Both the position numbers and the translations under genes were made by a program. The notes under the pieces are model-generated. The model saw only the letters and a list, made by a program, of their open reading frames with translations, was not told where the DNA came from and searched no databases. From an uncultured delta proteobacterium (GTDB taxonomy: Bacteria > Desulfobacterota > Binatia > DP-6), in contig CAWFFN010000008.1 in the NCBI GenBank assembly GCA_963815115.1, positions 352,001 to 416,000 of the forward strand: a stretch of DNA of 64,000 nt, given 5' to 3'. Of this stretch, positions 1 through 10,078 are shown one piece after another. Numbering within the stretch: the first letter of the stretch is position 1; each line of letters opens with the position of its first letter.

Positions 1-712
<712 letters not shown>

Positions 713-722
713 TGACGCCCCC

Positions 723-1328
723 TTAGACCTTCACCTTGCCCGGCCGGGTCACAATGACCTCGTCGACAAGGCCGTACTCCACGGCCTGCTTGCCGGTCAT
801 GAAGAGGTCTCGGTCGGTGTCTTTCTCCACCTTCTTCAGGCTCTGGCCGGTATGCTTCACGAGGATGTTGTTCATCTGTTCACGCAGCCGCAGGATCTCG
901 CGTGCCTGGATGTCGATGTCCGAGGCCTGGCCCTGCACGCCGCCCGCCGGCTGATGGATCATGATGCGGGCGTGAGGCAGCGCGAAGCGCTTGCCCTTCG
1001 CCCCGGCGGCCAGGAGCCACGCCGCCATGCTCGCCGCCTGCCCGATGCAGATCGTCGACACCTCAGGCTTCACGTACTGCATGGTGTCGTAGATGGCGAG
1101 CCCCGCCGTGACCGAGCCTCCCGGAGAGTTGACGTAGAGGAAGATGTCCTTCTCGGGGTCTTCCGATTCGAGGAAGAGGAGCTGGGCCACGATGAGGTTT
1201 GCGATCTCGTCACCCACCGGGGTTCCGAGCAGGACGATCCGGTCGCGCAGGAGACGGGAGTAGATGTCGTAGGCCCGCTCGCCGCGACCGGTCTGCTCGA
1301 TGACGATTGGGACGAGGTTCGCTTGCAT
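723..1328 (-). CDS. clpP: ATP-dependent Clp protease proteolytic subunit
   Basis: [33 protein letters not shown]-type motif (VNSPGGSV), QAASM, MIHQP. Confidence 0.98.
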   Translation of the reverse strand: MQANLVPIVIEQTGRGERAYDIYSRLLRDRIVLLGTPVGDEIANLIVAQLLFLESEDPEKDIFLYVNSPGGSVTAGLAIYDTMQYVKPEVSTICIGQAASMAAWLLAAGAKGKRFALPHARIMIHQPAGGVQGQASDIDIQAREILRLREQMNNILVKHTGQSLKKVEKDTDRDLFMTGKQAVEYGLVDEVIVTRPGKVKV

Positions 1329-1356
1329 CGGCGCGGGCCCGTTCTCGGTCGGGATT

Positions 1357-2670
1357 CTACCGGCTTTGATTTTCAACGGCAACTTCTCCGGACCCCGATT
1401 CTGGCACGATCCTTGCGGTTGATACCAGATGCTCCAGGGCTTTCTGTCGTCCCAGACGCACCCGGAGAGCCGAACGGGCTTCGGGACGCTCGTACAGCGC
1501 TCGAATCCGCTCAGGTGACTGTCCCTCGCGGGTGGCAAATGACTCGATCTCCCGCTCCACTGCCTCCTCGTCGGGCATGAAGCCCTCGCGCTCCGCGATC
1601 GCATCGAGAACGAGGTCGGCACGCACCTCCCGCTCGGCCCGGGGCCGCAGCTGCTCGCGCAGGCGCGCCAGTGCCGGCTCCTGCTCGGACCCCTCCGGCA
1701 GGCGAATGTCGAGGGCGGCGATGATGGCCTCGCAGCGCCGGTCCACCAGCGACGCCGGGACCTCGAAGGGATGCCGGGCGAGCACCTGGTCCAGGATGGC
1801 CTCGCGCACCGCTCCCTCCGCGCGTTCCTCGGCCTGGCGCCGGAGATCGGCCCGAACGCGCGCGCGCAGATCCTCGAGCGTCTCGGCCCGCCCGTGGTCG
1901 CGAGCGAACTCGTCGTCGAGCGCCGGCAGCTCCTTTGCGCGCAGGTCGACGACCTCGACCTCGAACGCGACCGACCGGCCGGCGAGCGACGGATTGGAGT
2001 AGTCGGCCGGGTACGGAACCGTGAGCGACAGCCGCGTGCCCCGGTGCTGGCCGACCAGCTGCCGCTCGAGCGCGAGCGGGAAGGACCCGCCGCCCGCCTC
2101 GAGCAGGACGCCCTCGCGTTGCGACGGCTCACCACCCTCGACGCGGCTCGTCAGATTGAGGGAGACGACGTCGCCCGCCCCGATGACCTGGCGATCGGTG
2201 ATCGGCCGGAGCTGCGCCACCGACTCGCGCAACGACTCGATCATGCGCTCGACGTCCTGCTCCGTGACCACGGCCGCCGGCCGCCTGGCCTCGAAGCCTC
2301 CGAGGTCGGCGAGCACGATCGCCGGCCGGACGTCCACCGTGGCCGAGTAGCGCAGCGCCTCGCCCGGCGTGAGCACATCGGCGTCGATCTCCGGCGTGCC
2401 GACGACGGCCAGCTGGTGCTCGTGGATGGCGTGATGGAACGATTCCTCCACCAGCCGGCCGAGCACCTCGCGACGGACCTGGTCGCCGAACATGCGCTCG
2501 AGCACGTGGCGCGGCGCCTTGCCCGGCCTGAAGCCGGGAAGCCGCGCCTGGCGGCCGACGAGCGCGAAAGCGCGATCGACCTCCGCCTGCACCGCCGGCG
2601 CGCCGATCTCGATCTGCAGGCGCTTCCGACTGGGCCCGAGCTCCTCGAGCGTGATCTTGGGGGCGTCCAT
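1357..2670 (-). CDS. tig: Trigger factor
   Basis: GFRPGKAP ribosome-binding motif, 437 aa, canonical tig-clpP-clpX order. Confidence 0.96.
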   Translation of the reverse strand: MDAPKITLEELGPSRKRLQIEIGAPAVQAEVDRAFALVGRQARLPGFRPGKAPRHVLERMFGDQVRREVLGRLVEESFHHAIHEHQLAVVGTPEIDADVLTPGEALRYSATVDVRPAIVLADLGGFEARRPAAVVTEQDVERMIESLRESVAQLRPITDRQVIGAGDVVSLNLTSRVEGGEPSQREGVLLEAGGGSFPLALERQLVGQHRGTRLSLTVPYPADYSNPSLAGRSVAFEVEVVDLRAKELPALDDEFARDHGRAETLEDLRARVRADLRRQAEERAEGAVREAILDQVLARHPFEVPASLVDRRCEAIIAALDIRLPEGSEQEPALARLREQLRPRAEREVRADLVLDAIAEREGFMPDEEAVEREIESFATREGQSPERIRALYERPEARSALRVRLGRQKALEHLVSTARIVPESGSGEVAVENQSR

Positions 2671-2696
2671 GGCGTCTCGTGGCGTGTTACGGGCAA

Positions 2697-2776
2697 TGCG
2701 AGAGGGGGGACTCGAACCCCCACGGTTGCCCGCGAGATCCTAAGTCTCGTGCGTCTGCCAGTTCCGCCACTCTCGC
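2697..2776 (-). tRNA. tRNA-Leu(TAG)
   Basis: GCGAGAG acceptor, GGCGGAACTGGCAGACGC D-arm, anticodon TAG, long variable arm, GGTTCGAGTCC; usual position upstream of tig. Confidence 0.96.
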
Positions 2777-2844
2777 GTCGTGCGTCGGCACCGGTCGACC
2801 CAATAACAACGCCCCCCGGGCAAGACAAGCCAAAGCCGGCCGTC

Positions 2845-3252
2845 TCACGCCGTGGGCGACCCTTCGCCCGAGTTCTTCAGCTCGAGGACGTTGCCCTCGG
2901 GGTCACGGAGATAGACGGAGGTGCCGTAGCCGCGCGCGCCGTAGCGCACCATCGGCTCGCCGATCGTCTCCACCCCCGCCGCCTCGAGGTGGCGCACGAC
3001 CGCATCCATGTCGGCGGTCGCGATCGCCAGGCACACATGATCGACGTTGGGGTGTTCCCGTGGCGCCGCGCCCGCGTCGGGCACCAGGTCGATCAGGCTG
3101 CGGCCCGCACGCAGCTGGATCAGCCCGATCGCCTCGAGGCGTCGCTCCTCGACGAGACCGAGCACGTTGATATAGAAATCCAGCATACGCTCCTGGTCAT
3201 GGCATCGAAGCACCACGTGGTCGAGCTCCTCGACCTCGAACGGCACGGGCAT
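2845..3252 (-). CDS. VOC/glyoxalase family protein
   Basis: LDHVVLRC...FY..VLGL, DHVCL, SVYLRDPEGNVLELK. Confidence 0.9.
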   Translation of the reverse strand: MPVPFEVEELDHVVLRCHDQERMLDFYINVLGLVEERRLEAIGLIQLRAGRSLIDLVPDAGAAPREHPNVDHVCLAIATADMDAVVRHLEAAGVETIGEPMVRYGARGYGTSVYLRDPEGNVLELKNSGEGSPTA

Positions 3253-3334
3253 CACCCCTCCTCTGCCACGATTGGCCGCGTCGCGGAAGCACGGGAGCAG
3301 TCTGCTCGCTCGCGAGCGCGAGGGGGGCGTCACT

Positions 3335-3751
3335 TCAGTGGAGGAGGTCGGTGGTGTCGAAGAACACCTCCTCCGCACGCTCGCAATCCTGGCATTCGAG
3401 CCGGGCCACGCGGTAACGCTGGCCCGAGAGTTCGCGCGAGCCCTCGCCCCGGCGCTCGAGATATCCGCCGCAGGAGCAGCGCCGGCGGCGCAGGTGGAGG
3501 TCCATCTCGCCGAAGGTTGTCACCGGAATTGCCAGTGCCGGTGAAGAGCCGGGACGCGTGCTCGCGAGGCGCCGGAGACGCGCCCGGCGCCAGCGGCGGT
3601 GCGCCATGACGGCCACCGCGGCCGCCAGCGCGGCCACGAGCAGGAGGTTGCTCAGCGAGCAGTCCCTCGCCGTCCGGGCGCCGAGCAGATCACGTGGTGG
3701 GCGGTTTCGACCTCGCTGCCTGGCCGAGCGCCTTCGCGAGCGCGGCGTCAC
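3335..3751 (-). CDS. Hypothetical membrane-anchored Zn-ribbon protein (start uncertain)
   Basis: Hydrophobic LLLVAALAAAVAV followed by CSCGG...CQDC. Confidence 0.5.
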   Translation of the reverse strand: MTPRSRRRSARQRGRNRPPRDLLGARTARDCSLSNLLLVAALAAAVAVMAHRRWRRARLRRLASTRPGSSPALAIPVTTFGEMDLHLRRRRCSCGGYLERRGEGSRELSGQRYRVARLECQDCERAEEVFFDTTDLLH

Positions 3752-5318
3752 GGCCGTAGAGGTCGGCTCGCGAATGGATCTGCCCGTCCTCGTCCGCCCA
3801 CGCGGTCTGGTAAAGGATGTAGACGGGAACCGGCTCGCGCAGCGACAGCATCCGCGTCGTCCAGTTCGAGAGGAACTGCTTGCGCTTGGCGGGGGTCCAG
3901 CGGGAATCGCCGGTCAGCAGCCGATCGGCCAGCCCGAGGGCGTTGCCCACCCGCACGCATCCCGAGCTGAGCGCACGGTGCGGCTGCGACATCAGCCCCT
4001 TCGCGTTGGTGTCGTGGAGATAGACCGCGAAGCCGTTCGGCATGTGGAACTTGACGCGCCCGAGGGGATTCTTCGGTCCCGGCGGCTGTCGCAGCGTGAC
4101 TCGACCGACGGGGTCGCCGTCGACCTGGCGGTGGGACACGACCTGGATGCCTCGCCGCGCGAGAAAGGCCTGGTTGCGCTGCATCTTCGGCCAGAACTCC
4201 TTCCGCAGGAGCGTCGGCGGCACGGTCCAGGTCGGATTGAAGATCAGCTCGGTGATCTTCGTGGTGAGCAGCGGCGTGCGCCGGTCCGTCCGTCCGACGA
4301 TCACCGGCATCTCGAGCACGGGTCTGCCGTCCTCGACCAGCTTGAGATCGAACGACGGCACGTTGACGGCGACGTAGCGGCGACCGAAGTCCTGCGGCAT
4401 CCAGCGCGCGCGCTCCAGATTGACGATGATCTGGCTGATGCGGTCCGCGACCGGCACGGCGAGCGCGGTGCGCGTCGCCGCACCGAGCGATCCGTCCGCA
4501 GGTACCCCGTTCCGGCCCTGGAACGCCTTCACCGCCTCGGCCAGCGTCTCGTCATAGAGCTGCGAATCGTCATCAGCTCCCTCCACCGACGCGAGCTCCC
4601 CGGTCGCGACCAGTCGGTGGCGCACCAGGGGCACGACGGGATCGGACATCCCCGGTGTGACCGTGGAGCCGCGCGTGGGTATGGCGGGCCAGCCCCCGGC
4701 GCTCGCCGCGGCGCGGTAGCGAGCCAGGGCGTCGACCAGCCCGCGGTAGTCCGGCGAGCCGGGCGCGACGCCGTCGAGAAACGCGGACAGGTCGGGGGCG
4801 GCCGCGGCTGCTTCTGCCAGCGCCTGCGGGTCGACGGGCCGCTCCTCGATGGAGATCTCGTCGCTCAGGGCTCTGCCCGATGTCGCGCCGAGACGCAGGT
4901 GGACGATGAGGTGCATGATGCCATCGCTGGTGAGAACCTCCAGCGCGGCCCGGTCGGACGGCGTGGCAGCCGCCAGGCGGCGGGCGATCGCCTGCCGGTG
5001 ATAGGCGGCCGGCTCGAGCCCATGCGCAGAGGCACGGTCGATCGCAGCGCTGATCGCCTTGCCCCGGCTGGTCGCATCGCCCTCGCCGATCCAGAGGGCG
5101 CGATAGCCTCTCGGCTCGTAGAGACCGCGCAGCAAGCGCACGTCGAGCTGTTCGCCGTCGACGACCGGCGCCTCGTTGCCGTTGAGCAGGGCCGCGATCC
5201 CGACCGTGAGGGCATCCGGGGTCCCTCCGGCAACCGTGGCACCAGGGGGGTCGGCGGCCCCGACGGCACCGCTCACCAGCCAGGGCAGCAGAACCCACGC
5301 CGGAAGGTATCTTCTCAT
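3690..5318 (-). CDS. Murein L,D-transpeptidase (YcbB/LdtD type)
   Basis: Signal peptide, PG-binding domain (AVKAFQGRNG..DG.LG), VYLHDT and RALSSGCVRV catalytic motifs. Confidence 0.93.
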   Translation of the reverse strand: MRRYLPAWVLLPWLVSGAVGAADPPGATVAGGTPDALTVGIAALLNGNEAPVVDGEQLDVRLLRGLYEPRGYRALWIGEGDATSRGKAISAAIDRASAHGLEPAAYHRQAIARRLAAATPSDRAALEVLTSDGIMHLIVHLRLGATSGRALSDEISIEERPVDPQALAEAAAAAPDLSAFLDGVAPGSPDYRGLVDALARYRAAASAGGWPAIPTRGSTVTPGMSDPVVPLVRHRLVATGELASVEGADDDSQLYDETLAEAVKAFQGRNGVPADGSLGAATRTALAVPVADRISQIIVNLERARWMPQDFGRRYVAVNVPSFDLKLVEDGRPVLEMPVIVGRTDRRTPLLTTKITELIFNPTWTVPPTLLRKEFWPKMQRNQAFLARRGIQVVSHRQVDGDPVGRVTLRQPPGPKNPLGRVKFHMPNGFAVYLHDTNAKGLMSQPHRALSSGCVRVGNALGLADRLLTGDSRWTPAKRKQFLSNWTTRMLSLREPVPVYILYQTAWADEDGQIHSRADLYGRDAALAKALGQAARSKPPTT

Positions 5319-5417
5319 GATGCGCGCCTGCCGAGCATCATAGCGGAACTCGACGCGGCGCGCTCGTGACCCGGTCGTTTGCGAGCGGCGTCATCCCGTC
5401 GGTACGCTGTGGCCGCG

Positions 5418-6608
5418 ATGCGCAGGCCGCGGGTGGGGCTGATCGGTGTGCTCTGGATGACCGGATTCGCGGCGCACGCCGGCGAACCTTCCGAGCCCGC
5501 GCTGCAGAGCGCCGCGCGCGCGCTCGGCGCGAACCAGGGCGTGTTCGCCCAGGCGGACGACGGCACCGTGCTGGCCGCCCAGGTGGCCGACTGGCCGGTG
5601 CATCCCGCTTCGGTGGCCAAGGTCGCCTCGTCGCTGGCTCTGCTGGAGCGCCTCGGCCCGGGACATCGCTTCCGGACCAGCATCCTCGCAGGAGGCCCTC
5701 TGCAGGACGGCCGGTTGGGAGGAAACCTGGTCATCGAAGGAGGAGGCGATCCCTCGCTGGTCTACGAGAACGCCTTCCTGATGCTTCGGCGCCTGCGGAC
5801 GATCGGAGTGCGTACCGTGGCGGGCGACCTCGTCGTGCGCGGTCCATTCGTCTTCAACTGGCGTCCCGATCCCGACGGCTCGCGATTCCGCCTGGCCCTC
5901 AGTGGGCGCGACGGCGCTCCGGCGTGGGCCGCGGTCGAGAAGCTGGTGCCGTGGAAGGGACCCACGCATCTGAATGATGCCGGCATCGCCTTCGTAGGCC
6001 AGACCGGCTCCGACGGGACCGTCAGCCGGGTCCTGGTGCACCGCTCGCCCCCGCTCGTGCGCATCCTCAAGTGGCTCAACGACTACTCCAACAACGTCTT
6101 CCAGCTACTGGCGGAGAGCATCGGAGGGGCGCCCGCGGTCGAAGCGATCGCGCGCTCCCACCTGCCGCCCGCGCTGCGCGGCGAGGTCGCGATCGCCAAC
6201 GCGGCGGGAGCGGGAGAGGACAACCGCATGAGCCCCCGCGCCGCCGTCGCGCTGCTGCAGGCGCTCGCCGCGGAGCTCACGCGCCGGGGCCTCTCCTTCG
6301 TCGACGTCCTCCCGGTATCCGGCATCGATCGCGGTACCCTCGAGAAGCGGCTCCTCGATCACCGGGGAACGGTCGTCGGCAAGACCGGCACGTTCGGCAG
6401 TGTCGGCGCCTCCGCACTGGTCGGGGTGGTACGGACGCGGCGGTGGGGGGGCGTCACGTTCGCCATCCTCGACAACTGGGTACCCGTGCCCGAGGCTCGG
6501 CGACGGCAGGATGCCTTCGTCCGCACCCTCCTCGACGCGGGTGGCGCAATTCCATGGCCCTATCACCCCCTGGCGCAGCCGCCGTTCACCGACGCGCGCC
6601 TCGAGTAG
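5418..6608 (+). CDS. dacB: D-Ala-D-Ala carboxypeptidase/endopeptidase (PBP4, S13 family)
   Basis: PASVAK (SxxK), GGGDPSL, YSNN (SxN), GKTGT. Confidence 0.88.
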   Translation: MRRPRVGLIGVLWMTGFAAHAGEPSEPALQSAARALGANQGVFAQADDGTVLAAQVADWPVHPASVAKVASSLALLERLGPGHRFRTSILAGGPLQDGRLGGNLVIEGGGDPSLVYENAFLMLRRLRTIGVRTVAGDLVVRGPFVFNWRPDPDGSRFRLALSGRDGAPAWAAVEKLVPWKGPTHLNDAGIAFVGQTGSDGTVSRVLVHRSPPLVRILKWLNDYSNNVFQLLAESIGGAPAVEAIARSHLPPALRGEVAIANAAGAGEDNRMSPRAAVALLQALAAELTRRGLSFVDVLPVSGIDRGTLEKRLLDHRGTVVGKTGTFGSVGASALVGVVRTRRWGGVTFAILDNWVPVPEARRRQDAFVRTLLDAGGAIPWPYHPLAQPPFTDARLE

Positions 6609-6760
6609 AGACCCGGCGGGCGCCCCGGCAGAGGTCGCCCATGTGCCTGGTTTCCCTCGATTACCATCCATCCGAATGGAGCGCGGGGGCGAAGGAGAAT
6701 GGCGGGCCCGGGCGCCACCGGCGGCAAGATGCGAAGAGTCCCAAAAACGTCAAAAAATAC

Positions 6761-6788
6761 TTGACAGCCGAACGGGGCCGGGAGTAAT
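6761..6788 (+). promoter_or_regulatory. Possible sigma70 promoter for TetR gene
   Basis: Perfect TTGACA after an A-rich tract; only a weak -10 (AGTAAT). Confidence 0.4.
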
Positions 6789-6803
6789 GCGCGCTGAACT
6801 GAC

Positions 6804-7580
6804 ATGTCAGTTTCCGCGGTGACGTCTCCCAGTCCGCCGGCAGGAACGCCCTCGACGCAGTCCCCGAGGACGCGGAGCCGACGTGAGGCGATCCTCGAGT
6901 CGGCCCTCGAGGTCATCGCGCGCGAAGGGTTCCACCGGGCCTCGGTCGCCGAGATCGCCAGCCGAGCGCACGTGTCGCGGGCAACCGTCTACCAGCACTT
7001 CGCGGACAAGCGCGACATCCTGCGTGCCCTGGCGGATCGCGTTGCCCGCCGTGTCATCGAAACGGCGGAGACCTGGCCGCCGCTCCCGGCCGGACCGGTC
7101 GGCGATGCAACGGCGTCCTCGCCCGACACCACGGACCAGCAGCTCCGGCTCGTCATCAGCACCCGGATTTCCCAGATCCTCGAAGCGATCTCGGCCGATC
7201 GCGATGCCGCGCGACTCATCGCCCGCTTGACTCGCGATCACGACGAGGTTGCCGACGATGCGCTGCGCCGCATCGACGATCACGTGGTCAACATCCTGAC
7301 GACCGATATCCAGGAGGCGAGCGGGTCCGGGCTGCTCCGCTCCTGCCGGGCCCGCACCATTGCCAGGTTCCTGTTCGGCGGAATCCGGAGGCTGGTGATG
7401 GACGCGCTCGACCGCGACGAGCAGCACGAGCTCGACCCAGGAGCCGTCGCTCGCGAGGTCGGGGCGTTCGTGTTCTTCGGGCTGGCGGATCGCCAGCTCG
7501 TCGCTCGCGCTCCGCGTTCACCTTCAGCAGCGACACACAGAAGAGGAGTGGAAGCCGAGGTACGTCAGTCCGAGCCATAG
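6804..7580 (+). CDS. TetR/AcrR family transcriptional regulator
   Basis: RREAILESALEVIAREGFHRASVAEIASRAHVSRATVYQHFADK. Confidence 0.93.
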   Translation: MSVSAVTSPSPPAGTPSTQSPRTRSRREAILESALEVIAREGFHRASVAEIASRAHVSRATVYQHFADKRDILRALADRVARRVIETAETWPPLPAGPVGDATASSPDTTDQQLRLVISTRISQILEAISADRDAARLIARLTRDHDEVADDALRRIDDHVVNILTTDIQEASGSGLLRSCRARTIARFLFGGIRRLVMDALDRDEQHELDPGAVAREVGAFVFFGLADRQLVARAPRSPSAATHRRGVEAEVRQSEP

Positions 7581-7836
7581 GACCGCGAGGAGCCGAGCCA
7601 AAGCTGTCACTGCGGCCGGCCACCCCGAACGCCGCCTCGCGAACAAAGTGCCCGCTAGGCGCCCGGAGGTTCCTTGGAATCCGGCGGCCGGCAAGCCCAT
7701 CGCCGGCCGCCGCGAGATCACACAGGCCCCTACGAGGGAGAGCCCGCTATGCGGAGCGTGTGACCGTGTGCAGGCAGAGGCGTCTCGATGGATCGTCCGC
7801 GAACGATCTCGGACTGACACCCAGGAGGATTCAACC

Positions 7837-10008
7837 ATGCTCACTCGTGGCTTGCTCGCAGGCTTATTGGTTCTCGCAGCCCTGACCCGCAACGCGCCGG
7901 CGGCCGTCATCCCGCCGCCGCTGACTGCCACGTTCATCGACTTCGATAACATCCCCGCCGCGCAGGACATCTTCTCGGTCCCCGGGCCGCTCACGAACGA
8001 GTTCGCCTCGCAGGGGGTGATCTTCTCGGGCTTCGGCGAGAACGGCGGCGCGCTCCTGGGCACCGGCGAGGGCACTGGACTGCCCGAGATCTCGCCGCCG
8101 AACTTCGTCGTCTTCATCAGCGCCTTCCCCCTGCAGAACGGCGGGCTTCCCCAGACACCGGAGATCCTCAGCTTCTACCCTCCCGTCACTTCGGTACAGT
8201 TCGACACCGGCACCGGCGGCATCGATTGCTCCGACCCTGACGCGGGCTTGCCGACCACCATGATCCTCACAGTCCAGGGGTTCGGTCCGGCCAGCACCCC
8301 GGTGGGTAGCATCACCCGGCCAGCGTCTCTCGACGGAGCGACCATCCAGATCACCTTCTCGGCCCCCGCCGAGGTGGTGCGCATCACCAGCACCCACACC
8401 TGCGGACCGCCAGGATTCCTCTTCCACGGGGTCGAGATCTTCACCGTCGACAACCTCGCCTTCACCCCCGTCGCCTCGGCCGCGAGCGCCTGCGCGCAGC
8501 TGGCGATGGATGCGGCCGGCAAGAAGGCGAAGGCCGTGGCCGGGTGCTACGCCAAGGCCCTCCAGAAGGGCCTCCCGGTCGATGACGCGTGCATCCAGAA
8601 GGCCGTCGACAACTTCAACAAGGGCTTCGCCAAGGCGCAGGCGAAGGGTGACTGCCTCGCCCCCGACACGGACGCGGCGTCGGTCGAGGCTGCGGTGGAC
8701 AGCATGATCGCGGCGGCCATCCAGACGGTGACCAACGGCGCGCCGGGGCCGGATGTCTGCTTCGGCAAGAAGCTCACTGCCGTCGGCAAGAAGGCGCAGG
8801 CGTTCGCCAAGTGCTTCTCGAAGGCGGCGAAGTCGGGCGTCCAGGTCGACGAGACGTGCGGCCAGAAGGCCGCGTCGTCCTTCAACGGCTCGCTCAAGGC
8901 GTGCGGCACGCCGACGCAGCTCGGCCCGATCGAGGAGCAGATCGATGCCTTCGGGACGGCGTTGTCGCGCTCGCTGACCGTGCCGACGACCACGACGACC
9001 ACGACCACCACCAGCACCACGACGACCACCGCCCCGCCGCCGCTCGGCCAGCACCTGTCGTTCACCACGACGGCAGGCACGGCGAACTGCGGCGCGAACG
9101 GGTTCGGCACGCCGGCCGATCCGCCCTTCTCGGGTGAGCTCGACTCCGACCTCGTCGGCACCAAGCTCGTCGACCTCGGGCTCGGCTGCCTCTACATCGG
9201 TGGCGGCATCGCGACGGTGAACCCTTCGCTCATTCCGGAGAATGCCACCACGGTGCTCGACAGCCCCGACGGCACGACGCTCTCGGGTAGCCTGGGCACG
9301 GGCCGGGCGGACTGCTCCGTCGGACCGCAGGGCACCACCAAGCATTGCGTCAACAACCCGTCCTTCGAGTGCACCAGCGACGGCGATTGCTTCGCGCCGG
9401 GCGGCTGCCAGACCGACGCGACCTGCTACTTCGGCCCGCCGGTCCTCGTGAACGGCTTCCCCTCGAGCTGCGTGGTCAACACCTTCGCGCAGGACGCGAG
9501 CGGGACGCTCAACCTGGCCACGGGCGAGTCGACGGTCGACATCGAGCTCTCGTCGTTCGTCTACCTGACCCTCGGCCAGCTCACCGTCTGCCCGATCTGC
9601 GACGGTGGCTTCTGTAACTACGGGGCCACGCCGGGCGCTCCGTGCACGACCACCAACAGCACGCAGACGACGCTCGATTGTCTGCCGAGCCCGGGCACCT
9701 TCGTGGCCACGCTGCCGGTGAGCCTCAATCCGCTGGCCTCCTCCGTGGTCACGACCACGGCGGCGGACGGGCTCTTCTGCCCGGCGCAGGGGAATGCGGG
9801 GGCCTTCGGCCAGGCGGCAACGCAGGCGATCACGCAGAACGGATCGCCGGCGGGTGACCTGACCGACGGGGCGCCGCATGCCGGCGTGCTCGTGAGCAAC
9901 TTCTGCATCCCGCCGACGGGCAGCCTCGCCCTCGACGGGCTGGCCGACCTGCCGGGCCCGGGCTCGCTCAGCCTGCCCGGCAACGCGCAGTTCTTCGCCG
10001 TACCGTAG
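7837..10008 (+). CDS. Secreted Cys-rich modular protein, tandem paralog 1
   Basis: AGGAGG RBS, signal peptide MLTRGLLAGLLVLAAL, duplicated Cys-helical module, poly-Thr linker, C-terminal ADLPGPG domain. Confidence 0.9.
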   Translation: MLTRGLLAGLLVLAALTRNAPAAVIPPPLTATFIDFDNIPAAQDIFSVPGPLTNEFASQGVIFSGFGENGGALLGTGEGTGLPEISPPNFVVFISAFPLQNGGLPQTPEILSFYPPVTSVQFDTGTGGIDCSDPDAGLPTTMILTVQGFGPASTPVGSITRPASLDGATIQITFSAPAEVVRITSTHTCGPPGFLFHGVEIFTVDNLAFTPVASAASACAQLAMDAAGKKAKAVAGCYAKALQKGLPVDDACIQKAVDNFNKGFAKAQAKGDCLAPDTDAASVEAAVDSMIAAAIQTVTNGAPGPDVCFGKKLTAVGKKAQAFAKCFSKAAKSGVQVDETCGQKAASSFNGSLKACGTPTQLGPIEEQIDAFGTALSRSLTVPTTTTTTTTTSTTTTTAPPPLGQHLSFTTTAGTANCGANGFGTPADPPFSGELDSDLVGTKLVDLGLGCLYIGGGIATVNPSLIPENATTVLDSPDGTTLSGSLGTGRADCSVGPQGTTKHCVNNPSFECTSDGDCFAPGGCQTDATCYFGPPVLVNGFPSSCVVNTFAQDASGTLNLATGESTVDIELSSFVYLTLGQLTVCPICDGGFCNYGATPGAPCTTTNSTQTTLDCLPSPGTFVATLPVSLNPLASSVVTTTAADGLFCPAQGNAGAFGQAATQAITQNGSPAGDLTDGAPHAGVLVSNFCIPPTGSLALDGLADLPGPGSLSLPGNAQFFAVP

Positions 10009-10025
10009 CTTCGGATCATGCGAAC

Positions 10026-10057
10026 TCCCGGCGCCGGTCCCATGGCCGGCGCCGGGA
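10026..10057. repeat. Intergenic GC hairpin, copy 1
   Basis: TCCCGGCGCCGG...CCGGCGCCGGGA inverted repeat. Confidence 0.85.
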
Positions 10058-10078
10058 TCTCTCAGAAGGGGGGGCACG

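Noticed and set aside
2697-2776. tRNA-Leu as an integration site
   Set aside because: No duplicated 3' end or integrase seen; tig follows directly
8980-9030. ACC/ACG tandem repeats (also ~11205, ~13460, ~16980) as a CRISPR or VNTR locus
   Set aside because: They encode poly-Thr linkers; no repeat-spacer structure or cas genes in the window
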